Source: Octopus bimaculoides
Taxonomy: Eukaryota
Assembly: GCF_001194135.2 (NCBI RefSeq)
Contig: NC_068987.1
Coordinates: 90,249,561-90,313,560, forward strand
DNA: 64,000 bases
Direction: 5' to 3'
Below, piece after piece: positions 33,796-46,800 of this stretch. Each line of letters opens with the position of its first letter. Within the stretch, counting starts at the first letter, position 1. Position numbers and translations under genes: made by a program. A model generated the notes under the pieces. It had not been told where the DNA came from, searched no databases, and saw nothing but the letters and a program-made list of their open reading frames with translations.

Positions 33796-34059
33796 GCCCG
33801 GTAAAGGATACTTCTGAAAAATTGAAGAAATCATTATTACTAATGTCTTTCAATATACAAGACCAGCAGAAGAATTTAATGCAAAAGTCTATTTGAGTGA
33901 AGTGAACTTAATGCCAAATATACTTGTGGCAGCAAATATATGCCACTTTAATTAAGTTGAAGTGTAGAGACATTAAAAGATATTATGTTCTATATTTAAG
34001 TCTATAGTGAGTCTGTGGTTAAAAACACTAGGAGACATATTGTGTCTCGGTTCATAGTT

Positions 34060-34263
34060 TTGTAGGAGAGTGAAGGGGGGGAGATGGGGAGAACAGGCGA
34101 GAAAGAAAGATGGAGTGAGGAATAGAGATGAAGGGAATGAGGAATAAAGATGGAAGAGAGAGAGAGAGAGAGTGAAACAGAGGGAAAACAAGAGAGAGGA
34201 GAGAGAGGAAACAGTTTGAGAGACAGGGAGCAAGTCTGAGAAAAAAATATGTGAGCAAGTTGC

Positions 34264-34301
<38 letters not shown>

Positions 34302-34430
34302 AAGGAGCAAGACAGATTGAGAAAGAGAAAATGTGAGAGCAAGAGAGAGTGAGAGAGAAAGAAAGAGAAAAGTGTGTGTGTGAAGAAAAAAAGTGTGTGT
34401 GTGAGCAAGTGCAAGAGAGAGCAAAGAAGA
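34060..34430. repeat. Degenerate GA-rich tract
   Basis: Direct reading. Explains ORFs 33973-34464. Confidence 0.85.
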
Positions 34431-34887
34431 TGATGCAAAAGCAGGCAGTATTGTTGCATCTCATCTTTATATTTTTTAGTTTGTTTATATAATTCCCCTA
34501 ACAGGTCGATCAGTTTGCAGAAAGTACAGCCAAATGACTTGTTTCAGTTGATACGTTAGAATATCAGTACCGTGTTACCATCCTATGACCTACGAATTCA
34601 GTTTGATCTCCCCGCAGCTACTAAAGTTATAACCATCTCTAACTGCAGAAGCCATGCAATATAAAAGCTAATCAGAATTTAATAGTCAGCTTAAGAAGAC
34701 TTTGCAAAGCCACTTGCAAAGAAACATCAAGATTTCAGATAAAATAAATTATTGCTGAAAGCAAAATGTTCTTCAGAATAATTATTTTAAAAGCAAAAGC
34801 TCAACTGGTTTGTTTACTTTAATATTTATGATATTTAAATAATTATGGGAGTATAACTGATTTCATATCATCTACGACACACAGCCA

Positions 34888-35130
34888 GTGTGTTTGACCT
34901 GGCAATGACATGAGTAATGCTGCATCTTTCCAGGTGCACATTGCCAAGTTGGAAATGGAATGCAGGCATCTGGTTGGATGGAGTCTTAGAACTTTCAGAG
35001 CAAGGGGCCAGGAAACCAAGATGGGTTTCTGGAGGATATCCGTCCTCAGCTGTGTTGATTACTGGTCCAAACTAGGATCACCATGCAGTGTAAAATTAAT
35101 GGCAGAAGTTGAAATAATCCAACAAAACTC
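34888..35130 (+). mobile_element. CR1/L2-group LINE RT C-terminal fragment
   Basis: VFDL..MSNAASFQVHIAKLEMECRHLVGWSLRTFRARGQETKMGFWRISVLSCVDYWSKLGSP....AEVEIIQQN matches the DLG..F..HI...GWILRTF..R....LV...LDY.S.LWSP...LE.IQ pattern of CR1-group ORF2. Confidence 0.72.
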
Positions 35131-36467
35131 CATAAAGACTGAAATGGTTAAAAGTTCACTCATTTCTGGACATGTTGGACAGAGCTATATGCATTTTGTT
35201 TTTCAAAAGGATCACAGGGTTAGCTGCTGTTATTTAACTCTAGGTCAGCCTTGATCAAGTAAGCCTATGAACAAAGACACTCCATCCATGACCGTCTCTA
35301 TCTAGCACTACATTATTCATTATGTTTTTCTTTTAATAAGATGGTATGGAGCGATTTTAAATGAGATTTGAAGGTGGATGTCTTGGATTGCTTGTCAAGC
35401 AGTCAAATCTCACGTCACATCATAGACAATGTGTAGACTCTCAGTCTTCTTAGATATTGTAGCTGATTAGCCCCATGTTAGGCATATCAGAGATGGTTTA
35501 GACAAAAAGGTGATTCATTGATAACAATCTGAGTTTTCAAGATATATCATTGTTCAATGTGTTTGATGTATCCTCTATTTAAGGTGATAGGATATGATTC
35601 GAGGGAAAGTTGTCTGCTATTGCTAGCGAGGAAAAATAAAGTAAGAGACATGGATGGACTTTTCAAAGCCTGCAGTTTTAATAGAGAAACCAACATGCAA
35701 GTTGTTGAGCAGAGAGAGAGAGGGGGGGGATGAGAGAGTAGAGAATATGGGATGAAAATAGAAATGGATGTAGGTTTAATACATTACCAACAATCAGGGA
35801 GAGAGAGAGAAAGAGCACAATTTAGTAGACTACTAATTTGAATAAGCCATAAGCTTTATCCTGGATGCGTGTGGCATGCAGTCTTTCCTTGCCTTCTGTG
35901 CATGTTCTGTGTGTATGCATGTTTGTCTTGTCAGTATATCTGTGCTTGCTATCTGCGTGCTGTGTGTGTGTGTGTGTGCCTTGTCAGCATGCATGCTCAT
36001 CTGCATGCATGAATGCTTGTCAGTGTGCATGTATGTCTCATCTGTGTTTACATGTCTTGTATATCTCTCGTCCATGGAGGCACACGCCATAACTTCAGAC
36101 ATGTGCACATGTTTATGTAATTGCATGTGAGCAATACATGCATTGTTAATGCAGGCATGTTTTGTGTGCGTGTGTGTGGGAACATATGTCATCAGTGTGT
36201 GGGTGTGAGCATGTTGTCTCCATGTGTATGCTCATATAGTCTGCACATGTGCATGTGAATATCAAGGCTGCAGGAGAGTGCATGTCATATCTGTGTATGA
36301 GCGAGGGTGTCCATGTGCATTCTGTGCAGGTTTGTGTGCATACATAAAAGTCAGATTTCAGATTTCAACTTTGTGACTGGTCATACCAGAAGTCATAGAT
36401 TTTGGTGCTGAAGATTTAAAGAAACAATGTTGACCGACATGTAAACCTAACAATTGCTAGACAAATA

Positions 36468-37036
36468 TATACTGGGGCACTGCCTTGGAGAATTTTAGCC
36501 AAATGAATCAACCCTAGCATCTTTTCTTTTTAACCCTTTTGTTACCGGATTTATTTTGAGATGCTCTGTGTTTCTTTCAATCAATTTTAAATATAACAAA
36601 GAATTTAGCAAAATAACTTTGTTATCATTAAACTAGTGTTAGGAACATAAATTGTGACTAAGGTTTGGTGGAAGATTTTAATTCAGAACTTATGAAAACA
36701 AGACATTTGTACTACAGAGCCAGAGCCAGTTTCAGCCAGGCTGGTATCAAAAAGGATTAAATTAATCATTTGTTAAGCTTAGCGCTTATTCTATCAGTTT
36801 CTTTTGCCAAACCACTAAGTTACGAGCACATAACCAAATCAATAATCAGTTGTCAAGCAGTAGTTAAGGGGACACACACACACAATATAGACAGGCTTCT
36901 TGCAAATCCACTCACAAGGCTTTGGGCAGCTTGGGGTTATAAGAAGACACTTGCCCAAGGTGTCAAGCAGTGGGACAGAACCCCAAATGATGTGGTTGGA
37001 AAGCAAACTTCTTACCACACAGTCACATCTGCACCT
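36468..37036 (-). mobile_element. SINE family A interrupted by a piggyBac-type MITE
   Basis: SINE sequence at about 36468-36529 and 36761-37036. Confidence 0.8.
36534..36756. mobile_element. piggyBac-type MITE inserted into a family A SINE
   Basis: TTAA|CCCTTTT ... AAAAGGA|TTAA (TTAA at 36530-36533 and 36757-36760). SINE sequence lies on both sides. Confidence 0.85.
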
Positions 37037-37159
37037 AAATACAAGGAACATGGTGTTGGCTGAGTATACCTCCTGAGTTTAGAGAGATCATTTTAGGTAT
37101 TTTAGGGGCACAACATTTCACAAAGATTGTCTAGTCAGTTTTGGATTGAAAACTTATGC

Positions 37160-37310
37160 TGAAACTACCAAGGAATCTAATGGTAGAAGTGGTGGACCAA
37201 AGAAGACATCTGAAGAAGTGGAGAAGGTTGAGATTAAGAGATCAGCTGAGCCGAAGAAGACCCATTTAACTCCTACAAGCATGGAAGGGCAGGCATGAAA
37301 TTGGTGATAA
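37160..37310 (+). mobile_element. Old RTE 3' remnant
   Basis: ESNGRSGGPKKTSEEVEK resembles EGSCGRGKPRKTWDEVVK. It is followed by AGAAGACCCA...AAGCATGGAA...AAATTGGTGAT, like the RTE tail. Confidence 0.55.
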
Positions 37311-37539
37311 TAGCGGTGGTAGTTGTGGCAGTGGTGGTGTGACAATGATGATGGTGGTGGTGATGGTGACAACATAGTCTCAAACATTAACACCTGCATA
37401 AACAGTCACAAAGCTAGACATTTATGAAACATAGAGGTTCATAAGCTCAGGGTGGATACTCCAAGAAAGAACTGATGGTGATGAGTCACCCGACTCAAAC
37501 CAGCACAGAAAACAGACATAAAAACTACGATACCAATGC

Positions 37540-37910
37540 TGACGACTGTATATATGCACCCACACACATGCACACACAAATGCATGCTTGCACCCACACA
37601 TACAAACACACACATGTACTACCCACAAACACACACACAGATGCTTGCACACACAAACATACACATTCTTGCACACACACACACACAAACATACACATTC
37701 TTGCACACACACACACAAACATACACACACACAAACGTGCACACACAAATATGCACACACATACACACAAACATGCATGTACCAACACACAAACATGCTT
37801 GTATCCCCGCACACATGCACCCACACACACCCACAACTACAAACACACATGCACAACCACAACTACAAATACACACATGCACCTATATACACACACACAC
37901 ACACACCCAG
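37540..37910. repeat. Degenerate (CA)-rich tract
   Basis: Direct reading, with a local unit of about 30 bp CTTGCACACACAC..AAACATACACATT. A TG-rich counterpart lies at about 35870-36340. Confidence 0.9.
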
Positions 37911-38798
37911 TGTATGTACTAAAACTAAAAATCCACTCCAGTGGTTTACGTGCAAGCAGATTAAATTACAATTAAAAACAAAAACAAAAAAATCAATCAA
38001 ATTCAGAAACTAAAGCCAAAATGCTTCATTTGTAGAACATTAACTCTTACAGCAAACCAATAATAACAACTCGGCAGGAAGGAATGTCTTTTAGCAAAGT
38101 GCTTAGATCGTCCGGACACAGAATGAGTTGTAAAATCCCAGCAACAAGAAGCATAAATAAATTGGCCACCAAATATTTATTACTAAAGCTATAAAGCAAC
38201 AGAAACTAACATTTCAACCAAATATCAACAATTTATTTTTGAAAGCAATTAAATTGTAAACTGCAAACAGGAAATTCTGACAAGCAATGTGTCCTGATAT
38301 GTAAATGGCCAGTATATATGAAGTTATAATAACTTGTGTCATGTTTGGAAATCATTATAAAGAATTAGTGACTAACGAAGAACTAAAGAGAGAAAATAAT
38401 ATTTAAGGAATGCATGTCAATAAAGATCATCAATTTTATGGTGAAACAAGAAAATAAACAAATAAATCAAATGAAGTATAAAACTAAAAGGGAAATAGTT
38501 CTTTGTTTTTTTTTTTTTAGAAAAAACTAATCCACTTCATTTGTCATAATTAAATCTTGTACTTAATAAATATAGTAAATAAAATATGCAAAAACTGGTG
38601 TTTGCTCATCAATCAAAGTGAACTGATGCTTTGGGATAAAAGAGATTTCTTTAAAAAGACTGAAGACAAAATGTTTCTTTGTGAAATTATAGAATTCATA
38701 TATTGACAATGGAATGGGTGGGAGGCAGAGAAAGAAGACCAAGGAAGAACACAAGAGAAGTGTTGAGGCTAGATCTCAGGGAATTTGGGTTTCAGAGA

Positions 38799-40357
38799 TC
38801 ATCATCATCATCATCATCACCATCGTCGCTGGCATAGGTTGGATGGTTTGATTGAGAACTGGCAAGTCAGGAGGCTGCACCAGGCTCTAATCTGATTTGC
38901 AAGATTTCTACAGCTGGATGCCCTTCCTGATGCCAACCACTCCGAGAGTGTAGTGAGTGCTTTTACATGCCACCAGCATGTGAGCCACTCAGGTGGCACT
39001 GGTATTGGACACGCTTGAATAGTGCTTTTTATGTGCCATTGGCACAGGTGCCAGTCAGGCAATACTAGCATCAGCCACACTCGAATGGTGCTTTTTACAT
39101 GCCACCAGCACAGGTGCCAGTTAGGTAGCACAGGTGCCAGTTAGGTGGCACAGGCACCGGCTACAACTACGATTTCACTTGGTTCAACAGGTCTTCACAA
39201 GCACAGCATATCTCCAAAGGTCTCTGTGAGGCCCAACGTTTAAAGGTCATGCTTCACTACCTCATCCCATGTCTTTCTGGGTTTACCTCTTCCACAGCTT
39301 CCCTCCACTGTTAAGGTGTGACACTTCTTCACATAGCTGTCCTCATCCAGACACATCACATGACCATACCAGTGCAGTCATCTCTCTTGCACACCACATC
39401 TGATGCTTCTTATGTCTAACTTTTTTCTCAAGGCGCGAACACTCTGTTGTGTATGCACACTGAACTTACACATTCAGTGGCGCATACAAGCTTTGTCTCT
39501 TTCAAACCTACGCATGTCTTCAGCAGTCACAGCCATGTTTCACTGCTGTATACCTTTTACTCTGAGCGAGAAGCCCCTTGCTACCAGCAGAGGTAGGAGC
39601 TTTCTGAACTTTGCCCAGGCTATTCTTATTCTAGTAGCTACACTCTCAGAGCATCCATCCCTGCTACTGACTTGGTCACTTAGATAACAGAAGCCATCAT
39701 TTACTTCTAGTTTTCCCCCCTAGCATATGATGGAATCTGTTTTCTGTACATTTTCAGTGTTTATTGTACCTGTGTATCTTCCACACACAAAAACTATCTT
39801 CCCAGTTAACCTTCCTTTGATATTGCTGCACCTTTTATGTGTCCACAGCTTGCATCGGATAAATTTTATCAAGTTTCTACCTACACCTTTTCTACAGATC
39901 GAGCAGGACCATCTAGCTGAAGGGATTTGTGATTTGCCCACCTTCTTACTAAGACTGGTTTTTGCTAGGTTAACTCTAAGGCCCTTCAATTCTAGACCTT
40001 ACTTTCACACCTGAAACTTCATCTCTAGTTCTGGTAGTGACTCAGCTTTTAGAGGAAGGTCATCAGTATAGAGGAGCACCCAAGGGTATCCTGTCTTGAA
40101 TCCTTGTTATTGCCTGGAGGACTATAATGAATAGGAGGGGGCTGAGGACTGATCCTTGGTGAACCCCTACGTCTACCCAGAACTCTTTGCTATACTCGTT
40201 GCCAACCCTCACCTTACTGACAGCATCCCTGTACATGGCTTGTACAGCTCTCATCAACTACTCACCTTTCCCTAGTTTCCACATTGACCACCAGATCGGA
40301 GGACCCTGTCGAAGGGTTTTTCCATGTCAACAAAAGCCAAGTACAGAGGTTTATCTG
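38799..40357 (-). mobile_element. 5'-truncated RTE-clade LINE (decayed RT plus 3' UTR with (GAT)n tail)
   Basis: Translations include LYLAFVDMEK, RAVQAMYRDAVSKVRVG, VGVHQGSVLSPLLFIIVL, YTDD (40059-40070), KGLRVNLAKT, WYGHV and GRGKPRKTWDEVV. There are multiple stops and frameshifts. It ends in an ATG/GAT repeat tail at about 38799-38820. Confidence 0.93.
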
Positions 40358-40598
40358 GGATGAGAGATGAAATGACTTAGCATCAAGGGCGTGGCAATTC
40401 ACTAGATCTGTTCAATAGATGGAATGATGACAATGCTACTGATGATGACGACAATTTATATCATCATCATCAACATGATACAAATGTTGACATTTGGAAA
40501 GGTTGCTATATTGTTAGTGTCTATTTTTGCTTGACACTGGTTTATAGGCAAATTTTTGGCCCATGAGTATATCTGTCACCAATATATATGTATATATA

Positions 40599-40932
40599 CA
40601 GGGTGTCGCAAAAATCACTGATGTGTTTCAATTTTTAATAACTTCCTTAACTTCACAAATAAATGCATGAAATTTTGATACAATAGAAAGGACATAATGG
40701 AAATTAATAGGCACAAGTCAAACTTTGCAACACCACTACATCACAAATGAAAAATGACATTGCTTAAATGGCAGCCATTTTCAGCTTCTCACGCCCGTGC
40801 CCTTTCCAAAACTTGCACCATAACACCCTCAAGAGTTTCAGACCCCACTTCTCTGATTTCTCTATTGATTTTCTCCTTTGGTTGCACCAGGGTCTCCGGT
40901 TTGTTGACGTAAACTCTCTCTTTCAGCTCCCC
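40599..40932 (-). mobile_element. Tc1/mariner-superfamily transposon 3' end (transposase C-terminus plus TIR)
   Basis: TA|CAGGGTGTCGCAAAA terminus at 40597-40613. 40741-40932 on the minus strand reads GELKERVYVNKPETLVQPKEKINREIREVGSETLEGVMVQVLERARA*EAENGCHLSNVIFHL*, resembling the WGYLKxxVYxNKPxT...NGGHLxxVIF C-terminus. One internal stop. Confidence 0.78.
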
Positions 40933-41117
40933 GCCACTTGCTCCTTTCAGTTTCAGTCAAACAATTCCACTTGCAAGACTTGAAGCCATAAACAACAATT
41001 GCCCAATGTGTCACTCAGTGAGACTGAACCCGGAACCAGGTGGCTGGGAAGCAAACTGCTTCCTACCACACAGTCCACACCTGTGCCTATACACACACAC
41101 ACACACATATTATTATA

Positions 41118-41535
41118 TTGTGCTTGAGAAGACCTGTCAAGCCAAGTGAAATCGTAGTTGTGACTGATGGCGGTATCACATAACTGGCACGTAAAAAGCA
41201 CCTTTCAAGCGCTGGGCCTCATGGAGGCAAGTGTTGGGCTTAATGGAAGCAACGACTGAGACCTTTGGCATTATGTCATGCTTGAGAAGACCCATCAAGC
41301 CAAGTAAAATCATAGTTGTGACAAATACCGGTGTCATGCAAATATGGCACCTGTGCCAGTGGCATGTAAAAGCACCCACTACACTTTTGGAGTGGTTGGT
41401 GTTAGGAAGGGCATCCAGCCATAGAAACCATGCCAAGTCAGACTGGAGTCTGGGGCAGCCTTCCAGCTTGCCAGTTCTGGTCAAACCGTCCAACCCATGC
41501 CAGCATGGACAACAGACGCTAAATCATGATGATGA
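41118..41535 (+). mobile_element. RTE LINE 3' end with a partially duplicated GCTTGAGAAGACC module
   Basis: Matches the 3' UTR of the 38799-40357 element and ends CATGCCAGCATGGACAACAGACGCTAAATCATGATGATGAT. Further RTE-type tails near 1510-1750(+), 3395-3545(-), 7252-7320(-), 10600-10720(+), 23115-23215(-), 25330-25440(-), 28560-28760(+), 29620-29850(-), 31400-31615(+) and 61900-62140(+). Confidence 0.85.
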
Positions 41536-42509
41536 TATATATATAGGAAACCATTTTATTTATAACTGAGCAGCCACATCAGTGACTGAAGGACCTAGAG
41601 TTTCATACCAGAGCACTTACCAAACTGAAAGAGTCACTTATGTAGTTTCTCAGCTATAAATAATACAAATACTTCAGTTAATGTCAGAAGTTCTAGTTCC
41701 CGTGTTTATATAACCTATCGTACATGTATAATATGTGTGCACGAGAGTGTGTGCGTGTTTGTATGTAATGTAATTTTACGATAGTAAATTGTTTTAGATT
41801 ATTTTGCTGTTTTTTGTGTAAAAGTTATTTATGCAATGTAACATTTCAGTCCTTTATCAAATGAAAGAAACATTATTTTCTCTTAGATCAGTGAAGAAAC
41901 TAATAATTTCTCAAGTGTCTGAGTTAATAAAAACAATAAGATATAATGAACACTACAAAGACCACTGGAGCGAAGAGATGTAATCAACGGCCAACATTTT
42001 GAAATGTCAACAAAATTTTAAAATCTATACTCCTACATAAATAACTATATTTAGCAATTTGCAGAATATCAAATTTAATTGGCCCAAGAGAAAGATTGAA
42101 TTTATTTGAATGTATAGTTTAGCAGCAAAGTATTGGTAAAACTAAACCAAATAGCTCTTTGATAATCTGCTTAGTCTGTTACTAAAACTGATTTAGCAGC
42201 ACAACGTTCTACGTTAAACAAATGCAGCATACAATTCTATTTAATGGCAATGCTTCAAATTTAAAACTCAAAGCATTGATTTGTAGGCGAATCTCTTCAG
42301 AGACTCTTTAAAGACAATTAAGATTGCTTTATTTTCAAAGAAAAATTATGATATAAATCCTATTTCTGTGATTGGTTTTGTTTTTTGGTTTGGTTTTTGT
42401 GGCAACAAAATCTAGGATTTCATTAAATAGCAGGCATGTCCACCAATAGACTATAAATGGAGTTCTTTGAAATTAAGCAACCAAAATTAGTGTGTGTGTA
42501 TGTGAGATT

Positions 42510-42829
42510 AAGAGAGGAAGAGAGAGAGAGGGGGAGGAAGAGAGAGAGAAGAAGAGGAAAAAGAGAGAAGAGGAAAAGAGAGAGAGGAAGAGAAAGAGAG
42601 GGAGAGAAAGAGAGGGAGAGAAAGAGAGGTATAGAAAGAGAGAGAGAGGAAGAGAAGGAGAGGAAGAGGAAAAGAGAGGGGAGGAAGAGGAAAAGAGAGG
42701 GTGAGGAAGAGGGGAAGAGGAGAGGGTGAGGAAGAGGGGAAGAGGAGAGGGAGGGAGAGGAAGAGGGCGAGGAAGAGAGAGAGGGAGGGAGAGGAAGAGG
42801 GCGAGGAAGAGAGAGAGGGAGTGAGAGAG
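42510..42829. repeat. About 320-bp near-pure polypurine (GA-rich) tract
   Basis: Only a handful of pyrimidines, with internal repeats such as GAGGAAGAGGG. Confidence 0.9.
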
Positions 42830-43210
42830 CAAGTGTGTTAATATAAATGGTAGCAATCTAATATTTCAATAAATCTGAAAGTAGTCGAAGATATTAAAAT
42901 TTAATCTAATTAATAACAAAGGAAAGATTTAATTTCTAACATCGTAACACACAACAATCGTTCAATTTTAATGGAGCTAAGAGAGAAAATTGGAAAATTT
43001 AGAAAGAAAAAAATAAAAAAAAACAAACAATTTCCATCTGTATCTAGAAAACAAGAGTTCTGTAGAATAGCAGAATGTTTTGTGATATTTAACAGAAGAA
43101 TATTTACAAAAAGAAAGGATAAATTATGAAAAAAAAAAATTTTTTTTAAATATGTTAGAAATCAACAAAGTATTTTAAACATTATGTAACACTAGGATAG
43201 AAAGTATTGC

Positions 43211-43243
<33 letters not shown>

Positions 43244-43483
43244 TCTTTGCCTGTCCAAAGCAGTTTTATAAGTTTATCCTAAATGTCCATGCTTGTCCTC
43301 AGACATTTATTTCTTGTTTCATATGTTCTGAGTCGTATAAATCCCAAGTTAGTCTGACGGTTGGAAAAAATTGGGAATACGTATCACATATGATGCAGGA
43401 ATGTTGTGGAAATATGTGTTGAGTATCACGTGATACAGAGGACAGGCAAAGAGTTAAGGAAACACTGAAAACTATCCACATGT

Positions 43484-43864
43484 GTTGGCACTCGGTCACT
43501 TACGACCTCGAGGGTTCCAGTTGATCCGATTAACTGAACAGCCTGTTCGTGAAATTAACATGCAAGTGGCTGAGCACTCCACAGACACATGTACCCTTAA
43601 CGTAGTTCTTGGGGATATTCAGCGTGACACAGTGTGACAAGGCTGACCCTTTGAATTACAGGTACAACAGAAACAGGAAGTAAGAGTGAGTGAAAGTTGT
43701 GGTGAAAGAGTACAGCGGGGTTCGCCACCATCCCCTGCCGGAGCCTCGTGGAGCTTTAGGTGTTTTCGCTCAATAAACACACACAACACCCGGATTGGGA
43801 ATTGAAACTGCGATCCTATGACCGCGAGTCCGCTGCCCTAACCACTGGGCCATTGCGCCTCCAC
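43484..43864 (-). mobile_element. tRNA-derived SINE, family C
   Basis: Head GTGGAGGCGCAATGGCCCAGTGGTTAGGG...AGTTTCAATTCC. Flanking repeat TCCACATGT at 43475-43483 and 43860-43868, overlapping the head. Confidence 0.88.
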
Positions 43865-46800
43865 ATGTAATGAATTGTTATCAACAGATTATTGTCCTCT
43901 TCTGACCCATGAGAGGATCTAAAAGTTAGCAAAGTTAATCTTTTCACAATCAAGTTATATGTAAGTATTATAGGTGTCATAGGAGATTAACCAATTTGAT
44001 GAGGAAAGTTTCAGCCTCTGCTATTCTATGTTTCTGGCAAAACCTCTAGAAGTAAAAAAAAAAAAAAAAAAAATACCAACTAGTTTTCACTCCAAGTCAG
44101 GAGAGCTCTATTTTGTCTATGGAAAATTTCCAAACATATGAACTTCCCTAGCAGACAATTAATACAAGGGAGATAATCATTTCTTCATAATATTTGGCAG
44201 GATTAAAAGTTTGAAATTGAAATTAACAAGATACATAGAATATACATTTCTTTTTTTTTTTTTTTTNNNNNNNNNNNNNNNNNNNNNNNNNNNNNNNNNN
44301 NNNNNNNNNNNNNNNNAAAAAAAAAAAAAAAAAAAATCACAAATGCCCAAACTTCCAGTTTCCCATTCCTTATTACTGAAATAAATAAAAGAATCATATT
44401 GAAGAAATCTTAATCAACATTCTTACCCTAATCCTGAAGGTATTAAGGCTGCTGCATTAAAAACCAATGTAAGGTTTTACAGAGTGAGTCAGTAATTCAG
44501 CTTATTGTAAAGCCACTTTAGCTGAAGCTGTGCCAAGAGAAATTTGACTTAAGAGAAAAATAATCAGACTACTTTTGTTGTTAGTTTTGGTCTTAACTCC
44601 TTAGTGAAAAGGCATTAACAATTACAGCATCTAAATGGCTGATAATAAATGGAATTCAGTAACTCGTTAAGAAATTCTCATAATGAAGATATTTAATTTA
44701 ATGCAGATTTCAAGTTGTTTAATACACAGTGTTTTACAAAGAGGAAGATAAAAGTTCTCTTTGAATATAGAAATAATTAAATCAATACTTTTACATGGTT
44801 AACTGTAGTCTTTAAATATTAATTCGCTTTCGGTTGCTATTTAGCCCCAGGTCAGCCTGGATTGGGGGCGGGGGAAACTTTAATCAAAAGGCACTCAAGC
44901 TAGGATTATTAACTTGTCTTTTCAACCAGTTTACAGTTCATCCCGGACTACAATATCTGATGTTCTCTTTTCTTAAAGATGTTGGAGTAGCAAAGAGCAA
45001 TGTATTGCAGCATTTAGCTTGGTTTTTCAAGTTTTTGAGAGTACCAGTAAGATAATGGGGGTTATTTCATTTGCTTAAATGCCTTAATTTAAAGCAATCA
45101 ATATAACAAAACCATCAGGCCTTGTGCCTAGAGAAGAAAAGAACATAACGAAACCGTATTTCAAAAGGAAAAAAAAAAAAAGAAAAAGACAATTAGTTCT
45201 ATATTAGACATGGTTGTGTGATGAAGAAGATCACTTAGCAAACATGTAATTCCAGGTGTTTGATTCCACTATGCAGTGCTCTGGGTAAATGTCTGTTTTC
45301 TCCAAGAGTCTCAGTTTGATCAATATCTTGGGAGTGGAACATAGATTGAAGCTAACCAGAACCTGCCATATATAGATGTGTGAGTGCGTGTGTGCCTATA
45401 TTTAGATGTTTATAGTCTAAAAAGCAGTGTTGCAGCCAGATTGCCCTCAAATCTCACCCAATAGGGTTAAAACACACACACACAAACATTGAATAATGCA
45501 TTGAGATATGCTATACCAGAAAAAAAAAGTGGGGGGAGAGATGGTCATGAGCAGAACATCTTTGATCAAAGATTGGCTCAATTAAGATTACTGACTTGGT
45601 GCTAAACAACAACATACCAACAACTTGTCTAAAACACACACCAAAAGTTCTATTTGGATATGAGTGTGTGGTAGAAGTACCAAAGTACCAGCTGGTAATT
45701 AACAAGATATATTACGATAGAAGGAATCATAAAAATAACAAAATATTTTTGTAGAGCAAGGCTAAAAGTGTTTGCACCTTGTATACATTTCCTGTAAAAT
45801 ACATTTGTGTTATGATTCTTCAGGGAACTGATAAGTGTAGGAAGGTTTATTTTCTTTCTTTTTCTTTTTTTAGGGAATTCAAGTTTAAAACAGAAGAGAA
45901 CTCAGTCACCCCAATCAGAAGCCACACATTTTGGATGTGGAACAGGTAAACTTGAAACCATTGACACTTACATGTGTTGTTCTTTCAAAGTAAGAACTAC
46001 TTAATACTGTACATAGATTCCAGCTGTCATGGAATGGTAAAACCATAAGAGAATTAAGAGAAGGAAGAAAGGAAAATGAAATAGGAGACAGAATGGTAAG
46101 AGAAGGTCAGAAATAGGATAGAAGATAGGGTGCAGATCTTAGATGTTGCCAGGTTAACCTTCAGTTAATATTTCAACTAAATAAAAAAGGGAGAAACTAT
46201 AGTTTCAAGATGGTTGTGATTCTAAAATTCTATCCTGCCTTTTAGCATTTATTTCTAACACATATACAAGGCCTCAGATTTCAAGGGGTGGATGTAGTTG
46301 ATTATACAGACCCCCAAGTAATGACTGGTATTTTATTTTGCTGACCACCAGTCCTTGTTGCAATGTGATAGATTATTTGCCTCAATGACTGAGAGCGATG
46401 CCAATGGCGTGAAAACTCCCAGCAGAGCCTCTTGTGCTGGACAAGTCAAAGAACAGAAGCCAGACTAATATGCACTGCTTGTTTTCAAGAATAAAAATTA
46501 GGTTCCAACTAGAACAAAAACAAACTTACAGAAATATTGATGACGATTCAAAACCAATAAGACTTGGGGTAAACATACAAATCTACAAGTGGGGACACCT
46601 TAAAAGCTGGAAATGGATCCAACTGGAGAAGAAGCAGAGAAAATGGCCCAGAGTTGAGGACAGTGAAGGCCAGTTGTTGATGGTTGATGCAAAGAGCTGA
46701 AGTAATCTTATTTTATCAACCCTGGGAAAATGAAAGTTAAAGTTTTGACTTCAGCAGGGTTTCAATTCAGAATTCAAAGAACTATGCAGTGTTCCACCAA

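Noticed and set aside
37096-37279. K/E-rich open frame ending SMEGQA*, which looks like a terminal exon
   Set aside because: Better explained as a decayed RTE C-terminus and 3' tail.
43423-43436. Perfect 14-bp palindrome GTATCACGTGATAC (E-box core)
   Set aside because: A few palindromes of this length are expected by chance in 64 kb, and there is no other support.
43790-43864. tRNA-like sequences as tRNA genes (also 9550-9620 and 14470-14540)
   Set aside because: They lack acceptor-stem closure and continue into SINE bodies with TSDs, so they are SINE heads. No CRISPR, rRNA or true tRNA gene was seen.
44250-44336. poly-T / N50 / poly-A apparent inverted repeat
   Set aside because: Spans an assembly gap and cannot be evaluated.
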